64,000 nucleotides of DNA from Planctomycetota bacterium (GCA_037129555.1 JBAXUS010000003.1:3786-67785), one strand, 5' to 3'. Shown: positions 38,508 to 49,861, counted from the stretch's first letter. The notes: a model not told the origin generated them from the letters alone. Translations and numbers: made by a program.

Positions 38508-39191
38508 TTACCCCTCACCCCGGCCCTCTCCCGCAAGGGCAGAGGGGGAACTGCCTGAAACTGCATTGAGCCACGCGCTCGCGATCACGCCGTGGCCTGC
38601 CACGGTCGGATGACAGCCGTCGGTCGTCCATTTGACTTCCGGCGTCGCCCGGATCGCAGCATGAAGCGCTTCGCGTGCTGGGACGTAAATCGCACTGTAT
38701 TCGCGCGCCAGTTCTTTTACAGCGTCGCCGTAGTCAACCAACATCTTATTCAAGTCTGAATTCAAGTCTTCGTCGATGGTCGTCGGCGACATCAACACAA
38801 AACGCTTGTACCCAGCACGCAACGCCTGGTCGAGCAGCGATCGGTAATTGGCAATATAGTCGGGCAGCGGAACGTACGATTGCCCCATCCATTGCAGCCG
38901 CTTGCGCCAGACATCGTTGCAACCGACCATGATCGAGAGCCATTCGGCTTGGAGCCCGACGCAGTCACGCTCCCAGCGTGCGAGCATATCGACAGTGCGG
39001 TCACCCGCTACGCCGCGATTCAGAACGTCGATTTTCTTGTCAGGCCAGCGTTGCGACATGAAGCCGCGCAGGATCGAGACATAGCCGTTTCCGAGCTTGC
39101 TGCTGCCGTTGATTTCGCGACGACCGCAATCGGTGATGCTGTCGCCTTGGAACAGAATCCAGTCGCCGTTATTGAATGGGCATTTCGACAT
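38508..39191 (-). CDS. SGNH/GDSL hydrolase
   Basis: GDSITD, NRGVAG, GCND and DGCHP blocks. Confidence 0.92.
   Translation of the reverse strand: MSKCPFNNGDWILFQGDSITDCGRREINGSSKLGNGYVSILRGFMSQRWPDKKIDVLNRGVAGDRTVDMLARWERDCVGLQAEWLSIMVGCNDVWRKRLQWMGQSYVPLPDYIANYRSLLDQALRAGYKRFVLMSPTTIDEDLNSDLNKMLVDYGDAVKELAREYSAIYVPAREALHAAIRATPEVKWTTDGCHPTVAGHGVIASAWLNAVSGSSPSALAGEGRGEG
38511..38548. repeat. boxC-like REP element overlapping the SGNH gene 3' end
   Basis: CCCCTCACCCCGGCCCTCTCCCGCAAGGGCAGAGGGGG. Confidence 0.75.
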
Positions 39192-39210
39192 CACTGAATC
39201 CTGTCCGGGC

Positions 39211-39256
39211 AAAAACAAAAAAGCGTGGCGAAACAATCACGCGTCTCGCCACGCTT
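39211..39256 (-). terminator. Rho-independent terminator of gltBD
   Basis: AAGCGTGGCGA/TCGCCACGCTT stem followed by a long T run on the minus strand. Confidence 0.85.
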
Positions 39257-39265
39257 GGATTGAAC

Positions 39266-40717
39266 TTAATACGATTTGGTGAGCGTCGTCTGACCCATCA
39301 AATACTTATCGACACCGTACGCTGCATTGCGGCCTTCGGCGATGGCCCAGACGATCAAGCTTTGACCGCGTGTCATGTCGCCGGCGGTGAAGACGCCGGG
39401 GACGTTGGTCATCTTGTTTTCGTCGGACCAGACACACCACGTGTCGCCGCGTTCAGTGGTCTTCAAGCCGAGTTTCTCGACGATGGCGGGCTTTTCAGGT
39501 CCTCGGAAACCCATCGCCAACAGAATCAAATCGGCATCAATCGTGAAGCCAGAATCCGGAACGTCTTCAGGCGTCGGAGGACCACCGGCGAGGTTCGGGA
39601 ACCATTTGACTTTGACAGCGTGGAGCTTTTTGACGTCGCCGTTATCGCCGGTCAATTTCGTGGTCTTGATGCAGAAATCGCGCGCTTCGCATTCTTCGTG
39701 CGCGGAGGACGAGCGCCAGATATTGGCCCATTGCGGCCACGGGTTCGAGGCGGCGCGTTCCGTCGGCGGGCGCGGCATCAATTCGAATTGCTTGATCGAC
39801 TTCGCGCCCTGACGCACCGCGGTGCCGAGACAATCTGCGCCGGTGTCGCCGCCGCCGATGATCACGACATGCTTGCCCTTAGCGCTGATCTGTTCTTTGA
39901 CGTCGCCGCCCAAACAAACTTTATTCGATTGCGGGAGGTACTCCATCGCGTAGTACGTGCCCTTCAAGTCGCGGCCGGGAACCTGCAAGTCGCGGCTGAA
40001 CGTCGAACCGCCGCAGAGGACGATGGCGTCGAAACTCTTGCGCAAATCTTCAATCGGATGCGTCACACCGATGTGGGCGTTGACGACGAACTTCACGCCT
40101 TCAGCGGTCATCTGTTCGAGGCGACGGTCGATGACGCGCTTTTCCATTTTGAATTCAGGAATACCGTAGCGCAGCAGCCCACCGATTTTATCGGCGCGTT
40201 CGAAGACGGTGACGTCATGGCCGACGCGGACGAGTTGCTGAGCCGCAGCCAAACCAGCGGGGCCGGAACCGACGACAGCGACTTTCTTGCCGGTCTTGTG
40301 CGCGGCGGGTTGCGGCTTCACCCAGCCTTCCTGGAAGGCACGGTCGATGATCGTGACTTCGATCTGCTTGATCGTCACGGCGGGTTCGTTGATGCCGAGC
40401 ACACAGGCCGTTTCGCACGGTGCCGGGCAGAGGCGGCCGGTGAATTCGGGGAAGTTATTCGTCAGATGCAAGCGGTCAATGGCTTCATGCCACTGGTTCT
40501 TGAAGACGAGATCGTTCCAATCCGGAATGATGTTGCCGAGCGGGCAGCCGGTGTGGCAGAACGGGACGCCGCAATCCATGCAGCGCGCCGCCTGGGTCTT
40601 AAGATGGTCTTCCGGGAAGGGAAGATAGACCTCGTTCCAATCTTTAATGCGCTCGTCCACTGGCCGTCGTTTCGGCAGTTCGCGAGTCGCTTCCATGAAT
40701 CCTGTCGGCTTGCCCAT
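39266..40717 (-). CDS. gltD: Glutamate synthase small subunit
   Basis: MGKPTGF, RCMDCGVPFC, NNFPEFTGRLCPAPCE, GSGPAG, GGGDTGADC, RGQSLIVWAIAEGR. Confidence 0.97.
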   Translation of the reverse strand: MGKPTGFMEATRELPKRRPVDERIKDWNEVYLPFPEDHLKTQAARCMDCGVPFCHTGCPLGNIIPDWNDLVFKNQWHEAIDRLHLTNNFPEFTGRLCPAPCETACVLGINEPAVTIKQIEVTIIDRAFQEGWVKPQPAAHKTGKKVAVVGSGPAGLAAAQQLVRVGHDVTVFERADKIGGLLRYGIPEFKMEKRVIDRRLEQMTAEGVKFVVNAHIGVTHPIEDLRKSFDAIVLCGGSTFSRDLQVPGRDLKGTYYAMEYLPQSNKVCLGGDVKEQISAKGKHVVIIGGGDTGADCLGTAVRQGAKSIKQFELMPRPPTERAASNPWPQWANIWRSSSAHEECEARDFCIKTTKLTGDNGDVKKLHAVKVKWFPNLAGGPPTPEDVPDSGFTIDADLILLAMGFRGPEKPAIVEKLGLKTTERGDTWCVWSDENKMTNVPGVFTAGDMTRGQSLIVWAIAEGRNAAYGVDKYLMGQTTLTKSY

Positions 40718-40881
40718 TAATGTCGCTCCACCATTTCTACTGACTTAAACTCAATTCGAACTGTCTACTTCTTTATTTCGATCTGTGGCACAATAAGTCT
40801 GAACCTCGAAAATATGTTAGGAAATAGCTTCGTGACTCGAGCCGTGCATCCGGCTCTAGTCTAGTGTTTACTTATTTACAT

Positions 40882-43800
40882 TTATTCTCCAGCCGCCGCC
40901 AGCGTCACTTTCGCCGCTGCTTCGCGCTGGGCCTTCAGCACTTTCTTGAAATCCACAGGCATGACTTTGGCGAACTTCGTTTTGGCGGTATCCCAATGTG
41001 CGAGGACTTCCGCTGCCACTGTGCTGCCGGTGTACTTCTTGTGGTTTTCGATCATGGTCTTGATCGTGTCGAAGTCTTCCTTCTCCGCCTTTTCCAACTC
41101 GACCATGCCCGTGTTCAGATTCACCGCGAACGTGTTTTCCGGATCGTAGACGTACGCGATGCCGCCGCTCATGCCGGCTGCGAAGTTGCGACCGGTTTTG
41201 CCGAGCACCACGACGCGACCGTTGGTCATGTATTCGCAGCCGTGATCGCCGACGCCTTCGACGACCGCTGTCGCGCCGGAATTTCGGACGCAGAAGCGTT
41301 CGCCGACCACGCCGCGCAGGTACACTTCACCTGCGGTTGCGCCGTACAGAATCACGTTGCCGGCGATGACGTTGTTCTTCGGATCGAACGGCGCGTTTTT
41401 GAACGGTCGGACGATGATCTTCGCGCCGCTCAGGCCCTTGCCGACGTAATCGTTCGAATCGCCTTCGAGTTCAAACGTGATGCCCTTGGGCATGAACGCG
41501 CCGAAGCTCTGTCCCGCCGAGCCGTTGAAGCGGATCGTGATCGTGTCGTCCGGCAGGCCGTTGACGCCCTGCTTGCGCGTCAATTCGCTGCCCAGCATCG
41601 TGCCGCAGGTGCGGTTGACGTTGCGGATGACCTGATTGAACTCCACCTTCTTACGATTTTCGAGCGCGTCTTTGCACTTCGTGATTAACTCGTTGTCAAG
41701 CGCGTGCTGGATGCCGTGATCCTGTTCGACTGACTTGTAGAGCGTCGAACCGGGGCGCGCTTCGGGCTTGTGGAAGATCGACGTGAAGTCGAGACCCTTC
41801 GCTTTCCAATGTTCGATGGCCTGCTTCATGTCGAGCAGGTCGCTGCGACCGACCATTTCGTTCAGCGTTTTGAAGCCGAGTTGCGCCATCAATTCGCGGA
41901 CTTCTTCGGCGATGTAGTTCATGAAGTTGACGACGTGTTCAGGTTCGCCCATGAACTTTTTGCGCAATTCAGGGTTCTGCGTCGCGACACCAACGGGGCA
42001 CGTGTCGAGATGGCAGACGCGCATCATGATGCAGCCGGACGCCACGAGCGGCGCGGTCGCGAAACCGAATTCTTCGGCTCCGAGCAGCGTCGCAATGACC
42101 ACGTCGCGGCCCGTCTTCATCTGGCCGTCTGCTTGGACGACGATGCGGCTGCGCAGATCGTTGAGCACCAGCGTCTGCTGGGTTTCAGCGAGGCCGAGTT
42201 CCCACGGAATGCCGGCGTGTTTGATCGACGTGAGCGCGGAGGCTCCGGTGCCGCCGTCGTATCCGGCGATCAACACCACGTCGGAGTGCGCTTTACTGAC
42301 GCCCGCCGCGACGGTGCCGACGCCGACTTCAGCGACGAGCTTCACGCTGATGCGCGCGTGTTTGTTTGAGTTCTTCAGATCGTGGATCAGCTGCGCCAAA
42401 TCTTCGATCGAGTAAATGTCGTGATGCGGCGGAGGCGAAATCAATCCGACGAACGGCGTCGAGTGACGCGTCTTCGCGATCCACGGATAGACTTTGTGGC
42501 CGGGCAACTGGCCACCTTCGCCGGGCTTCGCGCCCTGCGCCATCTTGATCTGCAATTCTTTCGAGTTGACCAGGTACATGCTGGTCACACCGAAGCGCGC
42601 GGACGCGACTTGCTTGATCGCGCTGTTGGCCGAATCGCCGTTGGGGCGCGTTTCGAAGCGTTCGTAATCTTCGCCCCCTTCGCCCGTGTTGCTGCGACCA
42701 CCGATGCGGTTCATCGCAATGGCGAGATTCTCGTGTGCTTCTTTACTGATCGATCCGTAACTCATCGCACCGGTCGCGAAGCGTTTGACGATCTCGCTCA
42801 CCGGCTCGACGTCGCTCAACGGAATCGGGGTGCGCAACGACGTCTTGATGTCGAACAAGCCACGAATCGTCGCGAGGCGTTTGGACTGGTCGTCCACGCC
42901 CTTCGAGTACTCTTTGAACGACTTGTAGCTGCCCGTGCGGACGGCGTGCTGCAATTTGTGGATGGTGTCCGGGTTGAAGAGATGGAATTCACCGTCGCGG
43001 CGCCACTGGTATTGGCCACCGATGTCGAGTGAATCGACCGGCACATCGCGATCCGGATACGCGCGCTTGTGGCGTGCGAGCGTTTCCTTCGCGATGATGT
43101 CGAAGCCCGCGCCTTCGATGCGCGAGGCTGTGCCGGTGAAGTATTTATCGACGACTTCTTTGTTTAAACCGACCGCTTCGAAAATCTGTGCGCCACGGTA
43201 GCTTTGCACCGTGCTGATGCCCATCTTAGACATCACTTTGACGACGCCTTTTTTGACGGCCTTGTTGTAATTCTTGACGGCGGTCTTGTGATCGACTTTC
43301 GCTAATGTGCCGTCGCGGATCATGTCGTCGAATGTTTCGAACGCGAGGTACGGATTGATCGCGCCCGCGCCGTAACCGATCAGCAGCGCGAAGTGATGGA
43401 TTTCGCGCGGTTCGCCGGATTCGATGACGAGGCCGACCTTCGTGCGCAAGCCGTTGCGGACGAGGTGATGATGGACACCAGATGTCGCGAGCAACGCCGG
43501 GATCGGCGCGTTGTCTTTGTCAACGCCGCGATCAGACAGAATCACGATCTTGAAACCGTCGGTGATCGCTTTCGCCGCTTTTTCGCAGAGCAATTCGATG
43601 GCTTTGCGCAAGCCTTCGCCGCCCGCAGACGCTTCGAAGAGCATCGGGAGCGTGATCGTTTTGTAACCATTCGCTGTGATTTCGCGCAACTTCGCCAACT
43701 CGTGGTTATCGAGCACCGGCGTGTGCAGCTTGATCTGCTTGCAGCAGTCCGGGCCGGGGTTGAGGATGTTGCCTTCGGGTCCGATGGTCGTTTGGACGGA

Positions 43801-45429
43801 CGTGACCAACTCTTCACGGATCGCGTCCAACGGCGGATTCGTGACTTGGGCGAAGAGCTGTTTGAAGTACGAATACAGCGGCTGCGGCTTTTCTGAGAGG
43901 ACCGCCATCGGCGTGTCGGTGCCCATCGAGCCGACGGCTTCTTCGCCGTTGACGGCCATCGGTGACATCAGAATCTTGATGTCTTCAGCCGTGTAGCCGA
44001 ATGCCTGCTGGCGATGGAAGACCGACGCGTGATCGGATTCCGGAACGTTCTTCGTGTCGGGCTGCGAATCGAGGTCGATCAGGTTGCCCTTGAGCCATTC
44101 GCCGTAAGGCTGCGCGGTCGCGATCTTCTGCTTGATTTCAGAATCGTCGATGATGCGGCCTTCGGTCATGTCGATCAGGAACATCTTGCCGGGCTGCAAG
44201 CGGCCTTTGAGGACCACGTCTTCGGGCTTGATGTCGGGCAACACGCCGACTTCGCTGGCCATGACGACATCGTCGTCCTTGGTCACGTAGTAGCGCGACG
44301 GGCGGAGACCGTTTCGATCCAGCACCGCGCCGATGACACGACCGTCAGTGAATGCGACCGACGCCGGACCGTCCCACGGCTCCATCATGCAGGAGTGGAA
44401 TTCATAGAAATCTTTCTTCTCCTGGCTCATGCTTTCATGGCCGGACCAGGCTTCGGGGATCAACATCATCATCGCGTGAGGCAGCGAGCGTCCGCACATG
44501 ACGAGCATTTCGAGGGCGTTGTCGAGGATCGCGGAATCGGAGCCGCCTTCGATGCAGACGGGCATCAATTCGGCCATCTCTTCTTTTGTGAAGAGCGGCG
44601 TCTGGAAGAGCGCTTGGCGCGCGCGCATCCAATTCACGTTACCGCGCAACGTGTTGATTTCGCCGTTGTGCGCGAGATAACGGAACGGGTGAGCGAGCGA
44701 CCACGTCGGGAACGTGTTCGTGCTGAAGCGCTGATGGACCAGCGCGAGCGCGGACTCGACGTCTTTGTCGTACAATTCCGGGAAGAAGTTCATCTGGTCG
44801 GCATTCAACATGCCCTTATAGATGATCGTGCGGCACGAACAGCTCGGGACGTAGAAGAAGTTCTTCTCGCGCAAGTCCGAGTTCTTGACCTTCAATTCGG
44901 TGCGCTTGCGGATCAGGAAAAGCTTGCGTTCAAACGCGTCGTCGTCTTTGACGTTCGAGCCGCGACCGATGAAGAACTGACGGATGTCGGGTTCCACGTT
45001 CTGAGCGCTAGGACCGATGTCGCCGTTGTATTGTGGGAGGTTGCGCCAGCCGATGACGGACTGGCCTTCCTTGCGGACGGCCTGTTCGAAGAGCATTTGC
45101 GCAGCTTCACGCTCTGACGACGTAGGCGGCAGGAAGACGTGGGCGACGCCGTAGTGTCCGGGTTCGGGTAGGTTGACGCCGAGGACGGCCATTTCGCGCT
45201 TGAAGAACTTGTGAGGAATCTGCATCAAAATACCGGCACCGTCACCGGTGTTGATTTCACAGCCACAGGCACCGCGGTGCTTAAGGTTGACGAGGATCTG
45301 GAGCGCATCTTGGACGATCTTATGCGACTTGCGCCCCTTCATGTTGGCGACGAAACCGACGCCGCATGCATCATGCTCGTTCAAGCCGTCGTAAAGCCCC
45401 TGCGCGGAGGGATGCCCGGGATAGTTCAT
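40882..45429 (-). CDS. gltB: Glutamate synthase large subunit
   Basis: EHDA|CGVGF Ntn site, [35 protein letters not shown] 3Fe-4S motif, GXGXG domain. ATG 45429 chosen. Confidence 0.98.
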   Translation of the reverse strand: MNYPGHPSAQGLYDGLNEHDACGVGFVANMKGRKSHKIVQDALQILVNLKHRGACGCEINTGDGAGILMQIPHKFFKREMAVLGVNLPEPGHYGVAHVFLPPTSSEREAAQMLFEQAVRKEGQSVIGWRNLPQYNGDIGPSAQNVEPDIRQFFIGRGSNVKDDDAFERKLFLIRKRTELKVKNSDLREKNFFYVPSCSCRTIIYKGMLNADQMNFFPELYDKDVESALALVHQRFSTNTFPTWSLAHPFRYLAHNGEINTLRGNVNWMRARQALFQTPLFTKEEMAELMPVCIEGGSDSAILDNALEMLVMCGRSLPHAMMMLIPEAWSGHESMSQEKKDFYEFHSCMMEPWDGPASVAFTDGRVIGAVLDRNGLRPSRYYVTKDDDVVMASEVGVLPDIKPEDVVLKGRLQPGKMFLIDMTEGRIIDDSEIKQKIATAQPYGEWLKGNLIDLDSQPDTKNVPESDHASVFHRQQAFGYTAEDIKILMSPMAVNGEEAVGSMGTDTPMAVLSEKPQPLYSYFKQLFAQVTNPPLDAIREELVTSVQTTIGPEGNILNPGPDCCKQIKLHTPVLDNHELAKLREITANGYKTITLPMLFEASAGGEGLRKAIELLCEKAAKAITDGFKIVILSDRGVDKDNAPIPALLATSGVHHHLVRNGLRTKVGLVIESGEPREIHHFALLIGYGAGAINPYLAFETFDDMIRDGTLAKVDHKTAVKNYNKAVKKGVVKVMSKMGISTVQSYRGAQIFEAVGLNKEVVDKYFTGTASRIEGAGFDIIAKETLARHKRAYPDRDVPVDSLDIGGQYQWRRDGEFHLFNPDTIHKLQHAVRTGSYKSFKEYSKGVDDQSKRLATIRGLFDIKTSLRTPIPLSDVEPVSEIVKRFATGAMSYGSISKEAHENLAIAMNRIGGRSNTGEGGEDYERFETRPNGDSANSAIKQVASARFGVTSMYLVNSKELQIKMAQGAKPGEGGQLPGHKVYPWIAKTRHSTPFVGLISPPPHHDIYSIEDLAQLIHDLKNSNKHARISVKLVAEVGVGTVAAGVSKAHSDVVLIAGYDGGTGASALTSIKHAGIPWELGLAETQQTLVLNDLRSRIVVQADGQMKTGRDVVIATLLGAEEFGFATAPLVASGCIMMRVCHLDTCPVGVATQNPELRKKFMGEPEHVVNFMNYIAEEVRELMAQLGFKTLNEMVGRSDLLDMKQAIEHWKAKGLDFTSIFHKPEARPGSTLYKSVEQDHGIQHALDNELITKCKDALENRKKVEFNQVIRNVNRTCGTMLGSELTRKQGVNGLPDDTITIRFNGSAGQSFGAFMPKGITFELEGDSNDYVGKGLSGAKIIVRPFKNAPFDPKNNVIAGNVILYGATAGEVYLRGVVGERFCVRNSGATAVVEGVGDHGCEYMTNGRVVVLGKTGRNFAAGMSGGIAYVYDPENTFAVNLNTGMVELEKAEKEDFDTIKTMIENHKKYTGSTVAAEVLAHWDTAKTKFAKVMPVDFKKVLKAQREAAAKVTLAAAGE

Positions 45430-45526
45430 TGTGTTTGCCACCTCTAAAAACAAAGACAATTTAACCCGCTCACCATTCCGATGGAGGTTAAATTTGACCA
45501 CGACCAAAAAGTATTGACAGAAATAG

Positions 45527-45542
45527 AGCAAAACCAGTGCCA
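45527..45542 (-). promoter_or_regulatory. sigma-54 (-24/-12) promoter upstream of gltB
   Basis: Minus strand TGGCACTGGTTTTGCT = TGGCAC-N5-TTGCT (GG-N10-GC), ~100 bp before the start codon. Confidence 0.8.
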
Positions 45543-46001
45543 CGTAACGACTTCATGCGGCCGGAGGGTCAGCACTTCCATTTCGAGCCAACTTCCGTAT
45601 CGGAGGCACTGGATATACAGAACAACAGCGCCGCGTACAACCGACAGGAATAACCTTCGAACGTTAAGCTTTTAGCACACTTAACGATGAATTCTAGCGA
45701 ATAATCTAATTTATTCGAACAAAAACAAGCACCAAACACAGACTTCACAGTTTTTGCACATGGTCCCGCCAAAATCAGTATCGAACCATGGATTTGAGTG
45801 TGTTGAGACATCTATAATGCGAGCAATTAGGTTGAATTGCAACAACAAAATCATGAGGCCAAGAACGTGCTTGGGACGGAGTCGGCGGACTGTCGCAATC
45901 CACGGAATTTTTTCGAATAATCCATTCGGCGATTGAGCCGTTTACGTCTATAATGGTCGCGTTGAGACGTTTTAACCCAATTTATGTTTGGAACTGCTTC
46001 C

Positions 46002-46370
46002 ATGAGCGATACACCCGTCACACCGTCAACTGAAACACCGACCCTTCCAGTCGCATCCGGCACAGCCACTGTGGATGAGATGCGCGAGGCGATGAAGGAG
46101 ATTTTCGATCCGGAAATCCCGATCAACATCGTGGACCTTGGCTTGATTTATAAGCTCGAAGAAACTGAAGGCAAAGTGGCCGTCGAGATGACGCTGACCA
46201 GTCCGCATTGCCCGGTCGCCGACCAGCTCAAGGCGCGCGTCAATGAAGTCGTGACGAAGCAAAAAGGCGTGACCGGCGTCACCGTGAACATGGTCTTCGA
46301 ACCGCCGTGGACGAAAGAAAAGATGACGTTTGAAGGGAAGTTGCAGGCGTCGATGCTGGGTATTATGTAA
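46002..46370 (+). CDS. DUF59/SufT/PaaD-like Fe-S cluster assembly protein
   Basis: IFDPEIPINIVDLGLIY, MTLTSPHCP, VFEPPW. Confidence 0.93.
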   Translation: MSDTPVTPSTETPTLPVASGTATVDEMREAMKEIFDPEIPINIVDLGLIYKLEETEGKVAVEMTLTSPHCPVADQLKARVNEVVTKQKGVTGVTVNMVFEPPWTKEKMTFEGKLQASMLGIM

Positions 46371-46395
46371 ACAAATCCGGCGCGGAATTCATTCT

Positions 46396-47187
46396 ATGTC
46401 ACTGATCACGCTCACGACGGACTTTGGCTTGTGCGACTCCTACGTGGGCGTGATGAAGGGCGTGATACTGTCGATTGCGCCGACGGCTCGGATCGTCGAT
46501 TTGTGCCACGGCATTCCGCCGCAGGATATTGTTGCGGGAGCACTGGCGCTGGATCAGAGCACGTCGTTTTTTCCAGCGGGGACGATCCATGTCGCGGTCG
46601 TTGATCCCGGCGTGGGTTCTGCGCGTACAACGGTCATAATCGAAACCGAACGCGCAACCTATATCGGCCCGGACAACGGGCTGTTCGATCTGGTGGTTCA
46701 ACGCGAACGGTTCAAACATGCGGTTGAATTGAAGTACCCACGCTACCGTCTGCCAGTTGTCAGCGCCACGTTTCACGGTCGCGATATTTTCGCACCTGCC
46801 GCCGCGCATCGGTTCAGCGGTGTCCCGATGGATGATTTCGGTCCAGCGATGGACTACTTGCCGAAATTAAAGCTCACGCACCCCCTTCCCCACGGGGAAA
46901 CGTTACAAGTTCACATTCTGCGCGTGGACCACTTCGGCAACATCGTGACCGACCTGACGCCCTCGGTTTTATCAGCTTGGAATCCAGACACCACGCCATT
47001 GACGTTCGAATTCCTCCATTCCAATTTCACCGGCGTAGTTTCAACGACTTACGCGGACGTGCCGGAAGGTGCGCCGGTCGCGTATTTTGGGAGCAGCGGG
47101 CGATTGGAAATCGCGATTCGGAATGGCAACGCCGCCGGATTTTTCAAAGCGGCTCGGGGGTTTTCGGTGGCGGTGAAGAAGTGGTAG
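46396..47187 (+). CDS. SAM hydrolase (DUF62; SAM-dependent chlorinase/fluorinase superfamily)
   Basis: LTTDFG, VVDPGVGSAR, GPDNG, SATFHGRDIF, VDHFGN, LEIAIRNG. Confidence 0.93.
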   Translation: MSLITLTTDFGLCDSYVGVMKGVILSIAPTARIVDLCHGIPPQDIVAGALALDQSTSFFPAGTIHVAVVDPGVGSARTTVIIETERATYIGPDNGLFDLVVQRERFKHAVELKYPRYRLPVVSATFHGRDIFAPAAAHRFSGVPMDDFGPAMDYLPKLKLTHPLPHGETLQVHILRVDHFGNIVTDLTPSVLSAWNPDTTPLTFEFLHSNFTGVVSTTYADVPEGAPVAYFGSSGRLEIAIRNGNAAGFFKAARGFSVAVKKW

Positions 47188-47779
47188 TAGCGTTGTAGTC
47201 ATAAAAAAGGGCAACGAAGAAAAGGCCGAATGCAAGCAATAAAATATAGAAGCTGGCTATCAATCCAATCCCAAATGGATCGTTTGACCATGAAAATACT
47301 CGTGCCAGCCAGAAGTGTGTCGTGAGTAATAAAGCCAACGTAATCCCAGCCAACACGAGCGCAAAAAAATGACGTCCGACATTGGCCGTCGTTCCAATTG
47401 TCGCGCGGACGAGTATCCCGCAAAATACGCAATATATCACAGGACACGCTACAGCACTAAAGTGGGAATTGCTTCGTGATGGTTGGCGAATGACATACAT
47501 CACAGGAATCAACCACCGCGTCGGTAGATTCACACGAGGATCTAACACAAAAATCATCGACAAGGGCGATATGATAAACATGATCACCGGAATCAAATAA
47601 GCAAAAAGAGTCGCGCCCATTTTTAATGAATTCGTCACACGAGCACTCGCGAAAGCGAGCGCGAATGGAAATCCCAATAAACCAAACAAATACAATATTG
47701 AATGGTACTCGCTGCCACGATAGTGATACGCAACCGCCTGCGGAAGCAAACTCAACAGCCCCCACATAAAAAATTCCAT
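47144..47779 (-). CDS. Hypothetical multi-TM membrane protein (AT-rich DNA)
   Basis: About six hydrophobic helices; visibly lower GC; 3' end overlaps the convergent gene. Confidence 0.55.
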   Translation of the reverse strand: MEFFMWGLLSLLPQAVAYHYRGSEYHSILYLFGLLGFPFALAFASARVTNSLKMGATLFAYLIPVIMFIISPLSMIFVLDPRVNLPTRWLIPVMYVIRQPSRSNSHFSAVACPVIYCVFCGILVRATIGTTANVGRHFFALVLAGITLALLLTTHFWLARVFSWSNDPFGIGLIASFYILLLAFGLFFVALFYDYNATTTSSPPPKTPEPL

Positions 47780-47814
47780 TCGCGAAGGAGGTTTCACGTT
47801 GGCCGCCTTTAGTT

Positions 47815-47913
47815 CGCCCCGGTGGGGCTAGGGAATCTTTCCGGCTATATACCCAGGCCTACGCCGGAGTACCGGCTCCAACCTGGGCTGTAGAAGGTCG
47901 CTCCTTTGGAGCT
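47815..47913. repeat. Composite REP-like element related to 14522-14719
   Basis: CGCCCCGGTGGGGCT … ACCCAGG…CCTGGGCT … GGTCGCTCCTTTGGAGCT. Confidence 0.65.
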
Positions 47914-48046
47914 GAAAAGCAACGGCGTGATTCAATGCGTCAAGACTATCTTGGTACGCACGCACGTCAATAGAACCCTGCCGGAATCGTCTCGCCCACC
48001 TCTGCTTTGCATTGCACCGCCCCGCCATTTCAGCTACTATTCGTTC

Positions 48047-49831
48047 ATGCACGACACCTCGATTGAACACTCCGAACAAGACGTTCGACAACCCGGCTGG
48101 GCGGTTCCGCTAGCGTTGGCGGCGTTGATTTTTTGCGTCTATTTTTTCATCTCGCTCTGCTCCACAATCTGGGATCGCGATGAGGCTCGCTTTGCGCGCG
48201 CGACCACCGAGATGGTCGCCACCGGCAATTATCTGTATCCAACGTTCAATGGAAAATTGCGGCCGGACAAACCGATTTTGATCTACTGGTTGATGTCGGT
48301 CCCGGTGAGTCTGTTCGGGCACACGGAATGGGCGTACCGGTTGTGCCCAGTATTGGGTACGACTCTGGCGTGTCTGTTTGCGTATTCGATTGGGCGCTCG
48401 CTGTTCTCGCATCGCGCGGGGTTGTGGGCGATGCTGCTGCTTGCGGCTAATCCGCTCGTGGCGTACACGGGAGCGGTAGCGACGAGCGATGCGGTGCTGC
48501 TCGCGTTTATCACGGGGATGTTTGCGGTCTTTGCGGATTCGTTGAAAAACGGCCTGACGATCAAACACATCGCGGGGCTCGCGGTTCTTTTTTCGGGCGG
48601 GATGCTGACCAAGGGACCGGTCGCGCTGCTGCCGGTCGTATCGTTTCTGTTGACGCACATCATCCTTCGAAAAGAGTTGGGCAGTCCGCTTAAAGCTATG
48701 GGGAAAATTGCGATCAGTCTGCTGGTCATGGCGGCTGCGTTTGGGTCGTGGTTTTATCTCGCGAACAAGGCTACGAACGGCGATTTGTACGACCAGATGT
48801 TCATTCACCACGTCGTCGAACGCATGCAATCGCCGCTCGAAAATCATGGTGGATATTCCCCGTTTTATCTGTGCTTTTACGTGATCGTGATCGTCGCAGC
48901 CTTTTTCCCGTGGACGTTGTATTTGCCGGGCGCATTGTCGGACCTGATCGCGTCGCCCCGGGACGCTCGACAGCAAACGGGGCGCGTGGTGTTGTTGACG
49001 TGGATGGGCACGTTTCTCGTGGTGATGATCGCGATCAGCACGAAGTTGCCGCATTATATTCTGCCGATGTGGCCCGCGATGGCGCTGTGCGTCGGCGCGT
49101 TTTTGGACGCGAACGAAGGCGAGAACGCGAAGGCGATGAAGACGCAGTGGGCCGTTCTCGGCGGATTGTTCTTCCTGCTGCTTGCGCTGGGATTGGCTGC
49201 GGGGATTGGATTTGGGCCGGAGTACATCGGAAAATATGCGAAGAAGCCGGATGCGTTGTGGCTGCCATACGCGGGGGATTCGCAGAGCGTTCGATCCGTT
49301 TTTGGAGCGTTGTGTTTGATCATCGCGCTGCCGCTGATCTTCCGGCACCGAGCAATTCATTACACGTCGAATGCTCGGATTTTGCTCGGCGCGGCGCTGA
49401 TGTGCATCGTGCTCGGCGGCAGTCTGCTGATTCCCAGTTTCGAACGGATCAAGATTTCAGAACGGTTGGCTCGTGAGATTCAAGCGCATACGGCTGCGGA
49501 CGCACCGGTGACCGTGTGCGGGTATAGCGAGGCGAGCTTGATTTTTTATTTAAAGCGCAACGTGTCGGACATCGTTCCACCTCGACCAGCGGACGCGCCG
49601 CCAGTGGACAAAAAGACTGCCGCATTGAACGCACCCAAAAAAGTCGAACAAGCGGTGATCGACTGGGCCTCAAAAAATGGGCCGGGCGTTTTGGTGATTC
49701 CGAAGACGATGTACGAACGCTACAAATCCGATCCCGCCGTTTCGAGCCTGATTCCGATCGGCGACGTGAACGGATTCAATTATTCAAAGGGGCAGTGGGT
49801 CAACGTGCTGGCGTTTCGACGGCGGAATTAA
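48047..49831 (+). CDS. ArnT-like GT-C glycosyltransferase (dolichyl-phosphate-mannose-protein mannosyltransferase family)
   Basis: WDRDEARFA, DKPILIYW, LTKGPVA, FFPW, TKLPHYILP; many TM helices. Confidence 0.9.
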   Translation: MHDTSIEHSEQDVRQPGWAVPLALAALIFCVYFFISLCSTIWDRDEARFARATTEMVATGNYLYPTFNGKLRPDKPILIYWLMSVPVSLFGHTEWAYRLCPVLGTTLACLFAYSIGRSLFSHRAGLWAMLLLAANPLVAYTGAVATSDAVLLAFITGMFAVFADSLKNGLTIKHIAGLAVLFSGGMLTKGPVALLPVVSFLLTHIILRKELGSPLKAMGKIAISLLVMAAAFGSWFYLANKATNGDLYDQMFIHHVVERMQSPLENHGGYSPFYLCFYVIVIVAAFFPWTLYLPGALSDLIASPRDARQQTGRVVLLTWMGTFLVVMIAISTKLPHYILPMWPAMALCVGAFLDANEGENAKAMKTQWAVLGGLFFLLLALGLAAGIGFGPEYIGKYAKKPDALWLPYAGDSQSVRSVFGALCLIIALPLIFRHRAIHYTSNARILLGAALMCIVLGGSLLIPSFERIKISERLAREIQAHTAADAPVTVCGYSEASLIFYLKRNVSDIVPPRPADAPPVDKKTAALNAPKKVEQAVIDWASKNGPGVLVIPKTMYERYKSDPAVSSLIPIGDVNGFNYSKGQWVNVLAFRRRN

Positions 49832-49840
49832 GCCGCTTTT

Positions 49841-49861
49841 CCCCTCTCCTGAGGGAGAGGG
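49841..49861. repeat. boxC-like REP hairpin after the ArnT-like gene
   Basis: CCCCTCTCCTGAGGGAGAGGG. Confidence 0.55.

Noticed and set aside
38507-38566. N-terminal extension of TrmB in the ORF track (PPLPLRERAGVRG)
   Set aside because: It is a translation of the boxC-like repeat and overlaps the upstream gene.
39176-45117. Long plus-strand ORFs opposite gltD/gltB (e.g. 39176-40720, 44014-45117)
   Set aside because: Antisense shadows of strongly biased, high-GC coding sequence; no recognisable motifs.
45430-45543. N-terminal extension of GltB to 45543
   Set aside because: It overlaps the sigma-54 promoter; ATG 45429 has an SD (GAGG) and the typical GLY…EHDAC leader.
45600-45850. NtrC binding sites
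   Set aside because: Only GCAC half-sites found; no TGCAC-N7-GTGCA dyad.
46396-47187. Fluorinase/chlorinase activity
   Set aside because: The Asp-Arg-His triad of DUF62 SAM hydrolases appears present (DPGVGSAR, TFHGRD), and there is no halometabolite cluster nearby.
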